64,000 nucleotides of DNA from Piromyces finnis finn (taxonomy: Eukaryota; Fungi; Neocallimastigomycota), in NCBI GenBank assembly GCA_002104945.1, contig MCFH01000009.1, forward strand, positions 682,001 to 746,000, written 5' to 3'. The position numbers were made by a program, and so were the translations under genes. Each line of letters opens with the position of its first letter. Within the stretch, counting starts at the first letter, position 1. Below are positions 12,827-27,973 of the stretch, piece after piece. The notes beneath the pieces were generated by a model that was not told where the DNA came from, ran no database searches, and was given only the letters and a program-made list of their open reading frames with translations.

Positions 12827-15800
12827 TTAATTACTGTTTAATAAAGTAGTTTGCATTAATGTACGATAACGAGCTAATTCTTCTTTTGCAGATTCACATG
12901 AAGCACGTTCTGCGCTTAATTCAGATCTAAGTTTTGTCAGCTCCTTTTGTAATTTGGTATTTTCTTCAAATAATAATTTTGCGAATTCTTGAGTTTTATT
13001 ATAATCTTTTTGCTTTTCTTCCTTATCTTCAAGATAATTAATAATTTTATTAAATAATTTGTTAATAATTTCATCTTTTTCTTTTTGTATATATATATTT
13101 TGAGTAGTCCTTTCATCTTCATTCTTTTTAATTTGTGTAGTATTTGTTATTATTGCCTCATCATTTATTTCAGTTTTATCTTCATTATTTAGAGATTCTA
13201 CATCATCAGTATAATCATTAATTACTTCAATAGAAGTATCAATTTGTTCTTCATTATATGATTTATTAATAACTTCAGTAATAATTTCCATTTCCATATC
13301 ATCACTTACATTATCTTCAATAGATTTATAGTATTGATAATATTCACTATTTATTACATTTAATGAAGTTTCTTTCTTATCCCAACCATTGTAAATATAT
13401 TTAGCAATTGGATTAGTATCTCTCCATGGATAATCACCTTCTTGTACAATAAACATATATTTAGCAATTGGATTAGTATCTCTTTCTGGATAAACCCAAT
13501 TAACAACTTCTGTTTCTATTCCTCTACTAATCATTTCTCTCTTTGGCATTTGAGGAACATTAAATGGATATCTAGCATAGTAGAAAAAGTTTCTAGCTAA
13601 GAAATCATCTGGAACATAATCCGGAGCATTAGCACGTCTCTTCTTGAATGCTTCATTTGAAACATATATAGTTTCAACAAAAGCATGATTGAACATATAC
13701 TTTGCAATTGGATTTCTTCTATCAACTGGTCTGAATAATACTCTCTTCTTTCTCATTAAGAAAGCATCACTAATGTACCATTGAGTACCAACACTAACCA
13801 TTTTTGGTTTTGTAGAAACCTTCATTTGTTGTGGCTGCTCATGAATTTGCATCATTGGTGGTCGTATTGGCGTATTCCAATTGTCATCTTCGGTTGAAAC
13901 AGATTCCGGTGTTCTAGCAATATTGGATATAGTATGTGCTAATTTCATACTATTACTTTTGCCTATACTATTTTTGGCATATGTTCCATGTGGAGGTGGA
14001 ACTGGTACAGTTGGGCCATTAGCTCTATTAATATTACTTTTACTTGTTGATCTTTTTGATACTGGAAGTGAAGTGTTATTACTAATTGGAACTTTATTTT
14101 CATTTAATGGTTTCTTTTGATAAACCATAGGTTGAACTGGAACATGCATCATTTTTGAATTGTTATTATTATAGGTATTGTTTTTATAGTTCATACCATT
14201 GTTTAAATTATTATTATTAAAATTATTTTCAATATCTTCATTATTGTTATTGTTGCTATTATTGTTTGTTGAGTTTTTGTTTTCAACGTTTTCAAATGGA
14301 GAATATTGAATTTTAATCGGAATATATTTTGTTTGAGAAGTGTTATTTGTCAATTTTACTGGAGCTGTTGAATTATTATTCACATTGTGAACATTCTTTC
14401 CCTTTCCTAAAACATCTTCAGGACTTGAATTCTTTAAAAATTCCCAAAGGGTTTCCTGTTTTCTCTTTGGCTTACCTTCATTGAGAAGACGATCAATAGA
14501 ATCATCTGAATCATATTCATCAATCATATTCATGTTTTTATATTTATTTTCTCTATTTCTACCTAATGTATTATTAATAACATTCATTGGAACTAGATTT
14601 TCACGTTCATGACTCTTTGGCTTTAAACGGTTAGATGATTGTTGATGTTTTTGAATTTCATTCATACGATTTGGAGTTAAACTAATTTTTCTAGTTTGAT
14701 CTGAAGAAATCATAGAATCAAAATCAAAACTATTATCATTATTAGCATCGCCATAATTTGAAATAGCTCCACTTGATGGCTTAAATACTAATGCATTATC
14801 ATTAATTTCTTGATATGAAAGAGGTGGTACATCTGGCTGCTTAACAGAACTAGTATAACTGGCATTTCCTCTTGATGAAGATGAAGCATTTCTATGATGA
14901 CTTTTTTTTGACTTTCTTGAATTTCTACTGACTGCGCGTTTTAAAGATTTTGAAAGGCTTCGAGAATGATTTTTTTTTTCCTTTTCAGATCCATTAGTGG
15001 TAAATGAACCTTCATAATTATCATTTTGAGTAAAACTATATTCGGTGATACTATCATTTATAAAATCAAATGAATCATCTTCATAAGTTGATGGAACATT
15101 ATGAATAGACTTTGATCTTGGTTTATTAGTAATATAAGCAGAAGAAGCTGATCCAGAGATTGGATACTCTTTTACACTTCTAGATGCTTTTGGTGGTTCA
15201 TTATAAACAGCATCAGGTTTACTTAAATCAACTGCAGAAAAACTTTGTTGTGATCCCTTATAAAATTTTTGATTATTGACATTAATTGGAAGAGGAGATA
15301 GTGGTGGAGAATTACTATAACTTGAATTATAATTTACACTATTTAAGGATTTACTTGAATTATTAATAGTATTAAGATTTTCTTTCTTAATTGCATTAAT
15401 AATATTATAGTAATTTGATGTTTCGGTTTGTTCGTTGGAAGTTTGTTGTTTATATTGACTTTCAACGGGTGCACTTACCGGAGAATTAAGGTGATAATTA
15501 TTTGAAGCCATACCATACTTATTATAACCCTTTTGGGAATTTTGTGAAAATATATTAGCAGACATTGGATAATTTTGACTTTCTTTTGAATAATTTACAT
15601 CAATTAATGATGGTTTATTTCCACTTTGGTATTGATATTGTGTTTGTGGTTTTTGTACTGGACTTTGAGATGAAGTGCTAGAATTAAGCTGTGGAGATGA
15701 TTCTATTGTTAAAAGATAAATAATTATTAATTATTAGAATTAATTTTCATTTTTCAAATATTTCTTTTTTTAATTGTTTTTTTTTCTCCTAATATTACAA

Positions 15801-15973
15801 TGAATTAATATATGCTTTAACTTTTTAAATTTGTACTTACTGTCAGAATTTTTATCCAAATCAAAATTCATTAAATCTTTATTTTCAAATAAAAAAGAAG
15901 AAAATGATGAATTATTAAAAATTTCCTTAGAAAAGGCAAAGGAAGTAATTCTTGGTTTAGTATCGTCTGACAT
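12827..15973 (-). CDS. Large low-complexity hypothetical protein (about 1002 aa) with C-terminal coiled coil and three NPIAKY repeats
   Basis: Exons 15973-15841 (donor GTAAGT) and 15702-12827 join in frame (3009 nt). Ser/Asn-rich; ends with heptads ENTKLQKELTKLRSELSAERASCESAKEELARYR. The 5' end is uncertain because the ATG is preceded by TAG, a possible acceptor. Confidence 0.75.
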
Positions 15974-18900
15974 CTATTAATATTTATAAATTTAAAATAA
16001 AGTATTTCATTAAAAACTTAATATATAATTTTCTTTTATTATACAAAATAAAAAAAACTTTAAAATTTATTTAGTAATCTTTATGACCCCAACATTATTT
16101 ATTTATTAATTATACTACTTATTATAATATTTATTTAAATATAAGCATATATCTATATTTGGATGATTGTAAAATATTTTATTATCTATTCCTTTTAATT
16201 TATATTTTATTTTTTTTATAATTTTTACTATTGTTTAATTATTCATAATTTAATTGCAATACTTTACTCTTAAATAATTTTCTTCATGTATATTAATAAA
16301 TATATATGAATGTTTTTTCTTTTTTTATATTTTTATTGTTTTATTTTTAGTATTTATTTTATAACTTTTTATAAGAGTATATGATATAAGCTATTTCATA
16401 TATTCTTATAAAAATTGTTTAAACTTAAATTAAGATTTTTTTTTTTTTTTATATATATATATTTATTTACAATTAGTTTATATATATAATTTTTTTATTT
16501 TTTTTTATTTTAAATAAAAGGAAAAAAAAAATGAAAAAATGAAAATGTTTTAAACTAATATATAGTGTATTTATGGTTGTATTTCTATTTTGTTATTATT
16601 AATAATATAATGGTAAATTTCATATAATTCTAATTTATAATAAAATTATTTCAAATATGAAAAAAAAAAAAATAACATAAAATTATTAGATAATAAAGTT
16701 AATCTTCATTACACTAATAATATATATTAATATATTACTAAAAAAAATTGAAAACGTTTTTTTTATAGTATAAAATTTTTTTGATAGTATTTAAATATAT
16801 TATAATTTATTAATATATTATATATAAAAATGAAGATTTGTATTTGTATTTAATATAATTTATTCCAATTAAATTTAATATATATGATATTCTAAAATTT
16901 ATTTTAATTTATAATTCATTTAAACCAATATAAATTTTTATAGATTTTTGTAATAGGTGAAAAATAAATTTATTAGTTTAATATTTTAAGTTTATTCCGA
17001 ATTTTTATTTTAAATTAAAATTTAAATTAAATTCTATTAAACTTTAAATTTCAATACTTACTGTTACACTCATTGATTTGTGTAATGTTTATCATAATAA
17101 AGTATAAAATCTTTTTTATTATTTAATAATATATTCTTATGCAAAAGGAATTTATTTGTATATATAAATAAAATTTCTATGGAATATAATCAATTAAAAT
17201 AAATTAAATAATATATTATTGACCATATATTTATATTATGGTAAAACATAAAATTTCATTTAATATAAAATTTAAATTGAATTTTAAAACATTTACCTTA
17301 ATATATTAGAATAATATTATAATATTTAAATATAGTATGAAATAATTAAATTGAGTTTTTTATTCTTTTTTATTATAAAACAGAATTCTTATTAAACTTC
17401 AGTTTTGTACCACATAAAATTTCTTTATTAAAAATTTTACATACATTTAATTAAAAATCTTTTATTGATTACATGATTTTAGGTAAAAATTTTAAAAATT
17501 ATATTTATTATTCAACTTTTATACTTCTATAATTATATGTGATGTATTAACTACGTAAAATTTTCTTTGTGTATACGCCACATATAATTTACTTAATGTA
17601 AAATCAATAAAATTTTTGTTTTTTGAATTTTATAGTAATAAAAAAGTCAAAAAATATTATTACTAAAAAAAAAAAGCTATTAAAATTATATTATTGTTTT
17701 TTTTTTATTTTATTTTATTCTTCAGATAACATTAAATTGAAACTACTATTGCATTTCAGCAATATATCATTTACTGTTTACATATAAAAAATTGGAATAA
17801 TTCTTCCCTATTTTATTTATTCTTTTATTATCATCATTAGACCATAAAAATATGATATTATTACAATAAATTACTATTCTAAACTGTAATAAAAATATAA
17901 TTTCCCTTCTTTCAATAAAAAGGTGGTGTCATTGATAATTAATTGATACATATATTAATAACATCAATTTATACAATATATATAATAAACTGTAGGATTG
18001 TTTTAAATATACATCAAACATGTAAAGGTAAATATGACTTATAAAAATATGATAGAAAAAACTACCCATCAGTAAACTAACTTAATAATAAATTTATTTT
18101 TTAATTTTTAAATAATAAATATTATATTAATGTGTCAATAGAAATAAAAAAGAAAAGATAGCTTAAATTTCTGGGATATTATCTACAATATATGGTACTT
18201 TACAATATTCATGATATTATATTTATGATAAAAATATACTTTTTTTTTATAATAATATATTCAATATGTAATGAATAATGAATATCTAGTAAATTATTTT
18301 TCCATTTCGTAATGATAATGATATTATATCATTGATTTATTTTATTTTAATTGAACTATTTATCCTAAACTATTTATTCTCTCTTTTTTTTTTTTAGTTT
18401 TTGGTTTGATTAAATTTCCATTGAATATTCTAACAATATTAATTAACCAACCGAATTTAACTTACATTCCTCACATGTCTTATTTAATAATTCCATTAAA
18501 GTTTAATAAATATATTAAAGATTTCAATTATTGCTTTTTTTTTTTTCATTTAACTTTAAATTATGAAATATAAAAAATATATTTTTATAAAAGTGTTAAT
18601 TTTCAACAAAATAATATTAATAGATAAATATAAGTTGAAAATGAAATTCATAATTATAATATAAACGAAATTTTTATAATTATTTTTTTAATATATTTAC
18701 TAAAATATTTTTTAATATTACATTCTTAAAAGTTAAATAAAATGTAAATATTAAATTATTCAATTAAACTTTTTTAAAAAAAATTCAAATGTGTTTAGAA
18801 TTATAAAAGTATATTATTAAAGTTTCAATAATTGTACTGAAATTAAAAAATATATACTATTGAAAAAATATTTTAAATATAATATAAATTAATCGTGAAA

Positions 18901-19096
18901 AATTTACTTATTGTTATTTTTTTATTTTTAGTAATAAAAGAAAAAAAGTACACTTTTTTGGTTATAATTAAAGTATTTGTATATTTGTAATACAATTTAT
19001 TACTGTCAATATATAAAATATTACTATATTCTTTTTATATTTAAACGTTATGATATCCTCTTTCAAAAATAAAAATAAAGTAAAATAAAAAAAAAA

Positions 19097-21969
19097 ATGA
19101 GTACTAATATAATAATTTGTATTATTGTCTTTTGTAGTATGACTTTTTCAAAATTAATTAACAAATCTTATTCCTTAAATATAACTTTTAATGAATCCCA
19201 AAAATTTAATAAAAAATATATTATTGTATTCAAAAGTATTATAGAAAATAATGATATTAATTCTGTAAGTGAAAGAGGAAATATGAATAATAAGAGACAG
19301 GAGAATCATAGGAGAAAAAGAGCAATTATTAAAAATTATTTAAAATCAAAATATAATTTATTAACTCTTCAATATAATATAAATTATCACAATGATATTA
19401 AAACTAATCTTCATGAATATGTAGAATATCCTATTTTCGAAAACATCGTCCAACCTGCCAATAATAAGTCTATGTCAAATCCAATATTGTACAAATCTTT
19501 TATGTTTTTGAATGAGCAAGATATAATGAAAAAAGTTTATGAAAGTACAAAGGATCAGAATATCATGAAAAGATCAAAAGAAGATTATCAATATATTATT
19601 AACAAGTTTATGAATGCTATTAATTCCACTGAATTTCCAATAGATTATATAGAAGAAGATTTTTCTGTTAATAGCGACGATTTATCAGAAGAGAATTATA
19701 AAAACCTTTTACGACTTAAAAATAAAAAACATAAAAAAAGGTCAATAACTTTAAATATCATCAATAAAGCATTTAAAAAAAGAAGATCTATATCTAATGA
19801 TAATATTGAAATTCAAGATGATAATTTAGAATGGGTAATAATAAATATTTAAAATATAAAATATATATATAAAGTTGTTAAGTAAAATATATGTATTAAA
19901 ATATTTCTATTAAAATATTGTATTATAATATACAAATAGGGCTTAGATAGGATTGATCAAAGACAAACTACTGGAGATAATATTTACAAGTATCAAAAAA
20001 ATGCTGGTAGAAACGTCAACGTTTATATAATTGATACGTAATAAATATAAATAATATATATCTTGTTAATATAAATATTTTAATTATTTTTTATATTGAA
20101 AAATATTCGACTTTATAGTGGATTAAATTTTAATCATAAAGATTATAAATCAAGATGTTATCATGGTGCAAACTTTGTAGATAATGAAAGCGATGATGAT
20201 CTATATGGTATTATTAATTTTTTTTTCAATTTTCTTTATTTTATTTTTATACCTTTTATTTATTACTATTTTTTAATGATTTAATATTTAAATCAAATTA
20301 TCGTTATACTTATTACATATTCACTTAATGTTTCTTTTTAATTTCAAAAAATAAATATTTTTATTATTTATCAACAAAAAGTTATTTAAATTAGATATTT
20401 TTCATAGATTCAAAAATTTAATTTTAATATTTTTTGTAACTTTATTAGGTCATGGTTCATATGTTGCAGGGATCGTTGGAGGTTAGAGAAGTATTTTTTT
20501 TTTACTCCTTAACCATATTTTAATAAATTTTTATCATAAAAAACATTAGGAGAAATCCATGGAGTAGCAAAAAAAGTAAACTTAATTTCTGTAAAAGTTC
20601 TAAATAAAAATGGGAGGTTGATTTTAAAATAAAATAAATATATAAACTGAAATATTTATCATCAAAATAATAAATGTTATAAATATTTAAAATATATATT
20701 AGTGGAAAATCAAGTACTGTTATACAAGGTCTGTATTGGGTTATTAATAATCATAAAAATAATAGAGAAAATAATATAGGTTCAATTGCAAAGTAAAATC
20801 AAATAAATATTAAGTAGAAAGAAATAAATTATAATATTAATAAATTAAAATAAATTTTTTACTTATTAAATAATATCAATAATTTAAAATATATATACAG
20901 TATATCATTAGGATCAATTAAAAGTAATGCATTGAATGATGCTGTTTCAATAGCCAAAAAAAATGGAATATTGGTTATTACTTCTGGTACTACTTTAGTG
21001 TTATTAAATTTTATTTTTTAAATATATTTATATCTATTATAATAATCATAAAAATTTATGATTTTATCTTTTATTCTATCATTACTATTAGCTGGAAATG
21101 ATGGAGGTGATGCTTGTAATAAATCACCAGCATCATCAAAGGACGGTAGAATCAAATATATTATTTTATATTACTTTTCAAAATAAATATTGAATTTTTT
21201 TTAATAGTTATTAGTGTTGGAGCTATTGACAAAGATGATCATATTAGTCTTTTTTCTAATAGAGGCTCTTGCGTTTCTATGTAATAAAAATATTTTATAT
21301 AGATTATCAGAAAAATAAAATCTTATTATTTTTATATTGACAAAATTTTAATATTTTTTACCTTTAATATATAAGTTATGCTCCAGGAGAAGATATTTCT
21401 AGTTCATCGAATATTTCATCCAATTCTGGAATAAAATATGGCACTTCCTTTTCAACACCATTTGTATCTGGAGTAAAAATAGAATTATTTTCATATAATT
21501 ATATAAAAACTATTATATTTTTATACTATATATAATTAATAATTAGTATTTTAAAATGATAATTTTATAGGTAGCTGCCTTGATGATGTCTGAATTATAT
21601 AATTACCAACAAAATTTTTCTCCTGATAGAATTAAGAATATTCTGCTTAATATTGCTACCAATAGCTTGACAAATGGTGATTCGATTACTCAATCCAACA
21701 ATGCTATGATTTACGAATATAATTTCGAAAATGGAAACAGAAAAGACTCACAAGATAATAAGCAAACTAGTAGAATAGATGTTTTTTCTCAATCAAATCC
21801 AAATAATATTTATATCCTGTATAATGGTTGGAATTATGGTTTTACCATTAATAATACTATTTCTTCAATTACAAATTTTACAATGAAATCTCTTTCATTG
21901 AAAGAATTTTTTCAAAATTTTATAATTATTTATTGTATTTTATTATTGTCTTATATTTTATTTTTATAA
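19097..21969 (+). CDS. Subtilisin/proteinase K-like serine protease (S8A) with long propeptide and hydrophobic C-terminal tail; 11 exons
   Basis: Exon 1 is 19097-19834, then small exons: WGLDRIDQR, VNVYIIDTG (Asp), GHGSYVAGIVGG (His), HGVAKKVNLISVKVL, SAGNDGGDACNKSPAS, FSNRGSCVSIYAPG, GTSFSTPFVSG (Ser). N-terminal hydrophobic signal; ends FFQNFIIIYCILLLSYILFL*. Confidence 0.9.
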
Positions 21970-22240
21970 TTGATATTAAATAATAATAATGATAGTCATA
22001 ATTATAATGAAAAAATTTATAACATTTATAATCTAGTTTTACACGATGTATAATAATTTTATTTTATTTTTAAATATGTATAATAAAAATGATTTCAAAA
22101 TTTATGTTAAGGCATTATGTATTAAATTATTATTTATTTTTATTTTTTACTTTTTTTTATTCTTTATTTATATCATTATTTATTCATTTTTACATTATTT
22201 TATTATACTGTAAATATTTTATTAAGAGAATAATTTATTT

Positions 22241-23828
<1,588 letters not shown>

Positions 23829-24480
23829 ACTTCTTAATGCTTATTATTATATAGTATTTTTTTTTATTATTATTTTATTTTATTTTATTTTTTATTTTTA
23901 ATATATATTAGTAACTTCTTATATTTCGGTAAATTCCTTATTAAACCTCTAGTAATATAAACATAATAAATTTATATAACAATAATAATAAAATATAGAG
24001 AAATGAGTGTTAATTGCTTTTATTGTTATATAAATTCATCCTTATAATACTATTATTCTACTATGTCATTATTATGTCAATTATTTATATAATTCAATAT
24101 ACCTTTATAATTTTTCAATTATTTGTTTAAAAAAAAAAGTTTTTATATAATCTAATATAAATAATATATAGTTGGATAAAATGGTTAAAGTTCCTTTATT
24201 AAATACTATTACTTCCCCTTTTTTATGTGATTTAACATTTACTTTGATTATATAGAATTTTTACATATATAAAATGATAGTGACATTTTATTTTACATAA
24301 CAAAAAACTATATATAAAATTATTTTTAAATTTTTATAGAAATATTTAGATTTGATTTGTAGGTAACAAATTAAAATTAAAATTTAAATAATAAATGAAT
24401 AAATGAATATCAAAGTTAAATAAAATAAAAAAATAGAACTAAAAAAAAAAAAAAAATTACTAAAATTTAATAAAAAAAAT

Positions 24481-25331
24481 ATGGCACAAAAACTCCCAAA
24501 AGCACCAAGAAGAGTGAAAGTATAAATAATATTAATAAATTATTAACAAATACTTATTAAATTTTACATATTTTTAATTGAAAGATTAGTTTTTATACAA
24601 TTTATTAAATTTATTAAATATGTTGTATTAATAATAATCCTTTACATTTTATTTTTGAACATTCATTAATAAGAGACAAGAAGAATTGAAAAAAAGAAAA
24701 GAAGGTAGTTGAAATGAAATAAAATCTATCATTTTAACATTAATTATAAAATACATTCATTGATGTTAAAGAAAAAGTTTATAATTAATTCAAAAATATG
24801 ATTATAAAAATATATTAATAAATATAATAAATGTTCATAAATCATTAACTAATTTTAATTAATGAATTTTCGTACTATTTTATGTATGAAAATAAATTAA
24901 CTTTTTGAATTAAGACCTTGTTAAAGCAAAGAAAGAAGAAAAAACAATATTTACTCAAAAAAATATAACAATTTTTATTGTTTGGTTTGTTTTTTTATTA
25001 ATATTTGCTTACTTTGAATTTGGTCTTTTATTCTTAATAATTTCTATTGGTGTTTTAATTTATATAGTAAATATATCAAAAAAGCAACATATATATATAT
25101 ATATATTTATTTATTTATTTATTTATTTATTGTTATCAATTTTATTAAAAACTATCTTCAACTATATATTTATTTAAATACTATATAAAATAAAATATTT
25201 AGAACACTAGTACAGAAGAAAAAGATCCTGAAAAGAAATCTGCATATAGTGTATTCAATAAAAATTGTGAAAGACTTGAAGGTCAAATTACAACTGAAAC
25301 TTTTGAAAAGCAAATATACCATAAAGCATAA
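24481..25331 (+). CDS. SAYSvFN domain-containing membrane protein (SAYSD1-like)
   Basis: Exons give MAQKLPKAPRR..., a hydrophobic hairpin ITIFIVWFVFLLIFAYFEFGLLFLIISIGVLIYI, and a last exon NTSTEEKDPEKKSAYSVFNKNCERLEGQITTETFEKQI*. Boundaries of the small middle exon are approximate. Confidence 0.88.
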
Positions 25332-26121
25332 TTTATTTCTTCTTTTTAAATAAATTTACTAAATAAAAATACATTTTAAAAATTATGTATTTATACAAAA
25401 TATGATATATATATATATATATAACAAAAATTTTTTTTCTTAATAATATTCTCATTTTATAAAATCTTATTTTATAAAACATAACACAGTTGTAAAAATA
25501 AAAAATAACCCATTTCATAATATTAATATCAAGCTTATAACTAATAAACATGAAAATAAAATAACAAATATTATTTTACAAACTTTGATTATTATGTTAA
25601 TAATAACATATTATTATTAATTTGTATAGACATTGAAAATAATTTTTATTTTCATAAATTTTTAATTTTATTATATGCTTTTGTTTTATTATTATTAATA
25701 TTATAATTATTGTTTTTATTGTAATAATTATATTTGTTGAATATTGTATTGATTTTATATCTTGGAATTAAAAAAAAAAAAGAATAATTTATATTATAAA
25801 AATTGAGGATTATATTAAAAATAAAAGCATGCTTAACAAAAACAAAGTCTTAGATTTATTTTTAATTAAATAAATTAGCTTTTATTTTTGCTTTTTTATT
25901 TTTGTATTTAAAATGAAAATAATTAAAGTACTTTTAATAAATATTATCCCACGTTTGTTATTACTTTAAAACAAATATATGCATTAATTGATAGTTTATA
26001 CTATTAATTTTATAATGTATATCTTTCCCTTTAGGTTTATTTATTATTATATATATAAATAATATAGTTAATAATATATCTTACTTTTTGATGTTTTTAT
26101 GCATTTTAAATTTATTTATTT

Positions 26122-27429
26122 TTAGAGTTTTACATACTTAGCCTTACTGCTTTGTTTTCCATCTTCATGTGAGTTGAATGATAACTTTTCTGTACCAATT
26201 AAAGTTTTAAAGTATTTACTATTTAAAAAAAAAATTATATTTAAAAACACTTATTAGTTTTTATTTAAAATAATAAAAATAAAAACTATTTAAACATTAT
26301 TTCTTAAACTTACCCAACATTTAAAGTTTCTTCTTCATTCTTCCAGTTCTTAGTCCAAAGAGCTAATCTGTCACCTCTAGTTCTAACAGAAGCAACAGCA
26401 CCATTTACTTGATTTGGACAATCAAAAGCTTCACCAATACAGGCTAATACCTGTTATTAATTGTTATTAATGATATTAATATGTTAGGAGAGTATTATTA
26501 TTTGGTTTTGTATTATATATTATTAATGTATAAATAATATCAATAATATTTACAAGATTCATCCAATAATCATCAATCTTTGATCCCATTCTACTAACAG
26601 TAACGGTCCATCTACCACCTTCTTCATTTTGTTTGTCCTCTATTAAAACATAATTTTTTTCATTTTATAAAGAAATTTTAATTTTCAGTTTTGTATTCAC
26701 AAAAATTTTGTTTTTTTTTTAATAAATCAAAATTCACATCATACCCCATTCTGGTTTAATATCATGTCTAAATAAGAAATAGCTTGATGATGGAGCAATC
26801 TTTGAAACTGGAGGTATTGAATTAAATACACTGTTTATTATTGAATGAATAATTTTTATTTTGATTTTTTGATTTTTTGCATCCAGTATAATTTATTCAA
26901 TTATTTATTTATAGTATTTGGCATATTAAATGAATAAATAAAAATTAATAAATTTTATTAATTGATTTAGTACTTATATATATTTTATTATATTTTTCTT
27001 AAAATTCTTTTATTTATATATTATATAAATAAAAAAACATTATTTTTTTTCTTTTTAAATTAATATTCTTGTTTTTGTTATTAATTAAGAATAATTAATA
27101 ATTATTATATCAATTTAAAAGATCATATTTATTTCATTTTAATTTATCTTCATCAAAATACTTATTGATGATAAGGAATAATAAAAAGTAGATTTAATCT
27201 ATTTAATTATTTAAAATTACCCCCAAAAATCTTCTATAGTATTGAAAGTAGCAATGGTTTTAATATTTTGTTGCCAAGTTTGAGCAGTACTTTTCTTTTG
27301 TTGTGGTATATCATAATAAATAGTCCAACTAGTACTTAATTTGTGCTTAACATTGAAATTTTCTGGATCAACAAGAATAGATGTTAATTCTTTGTTTTGA
27401 ACTTCGTTTTGCTTTTCAACTTCAGTCAT
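26122..27429 (-). CDS. eIF4E: Translation initiation factor eIF4E (class I-like); 5 exons
   Basis: HKLSTSWTIYYD, TWQQN, TIEDFWGVFN, YFLFRHDIKPEWEDKQNEEGGRW, VLACIGEAF, GAVASVRTRGDRLALW, LSFNSH; stop TAA at 26124-26122. Confidence 0.95.
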
Positions 27430-27945
27430 TTTGATATATTTATTATTTTTGATTATATATTATTTATTTGTTTATATTATATAAAAATAAATGTTTTATA
27501 GTATTCTTGATATTATTTATTAAGTATGTTTAGTTCTTATGGATATATATTAAATTAATATTTCTTTATTTTTCTTATGAATAAATATTATTAATTTTTT
27601 TTTTTTTTTTTTATAATTTTTAAAAGAAAATTTTATTAAACAAATATTTATTAGATTATTAATAAAAATAAAAATTATAAATAAAATTTATATATGGAAT
27701 TAAAAATTTCTGAATATGTTATAACCCTTTATACTTTTCTAAATAATTTATGTATATAAATATTTAATAATGAATATTATTATATAGATTTTATTTATTT
27801 TAACTAATAAAAATTAATTTATAATATATGTATATGATATATTATAATATATATAAATTAATTTAAATTCTTAATAGCTATTGATCTATAATAAATTAGA
27901 TATATATATTTAGAAGAAGAGTTGTACTATGAAAATATATTTATT

Positions 27946-27973
27946 TGATTGGTTACAAATAATTTGATTGGAT
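27946..27973 (-). promoter_or_regulatory. Two CCAAT (NF-Y/HAP-type) boxes about 520 bp upstream of eIF4E
   Basis: TGATTGG at 27946 and 27965 (ATCCAATCA and AACCAATCA on the minus strand), 19 bp apart in otherwise GC-poor DNA. Confidence 0.4.

Noticed and set aside
20096-20284. Standalone ORFs such as 20096-20284, 21580-21969, 23192-23470, 38939-39238, 57828-58118 and 60380-60667
   Set aside because: Single exons of the multi-exon genes above, read through into introns; not independent genes.
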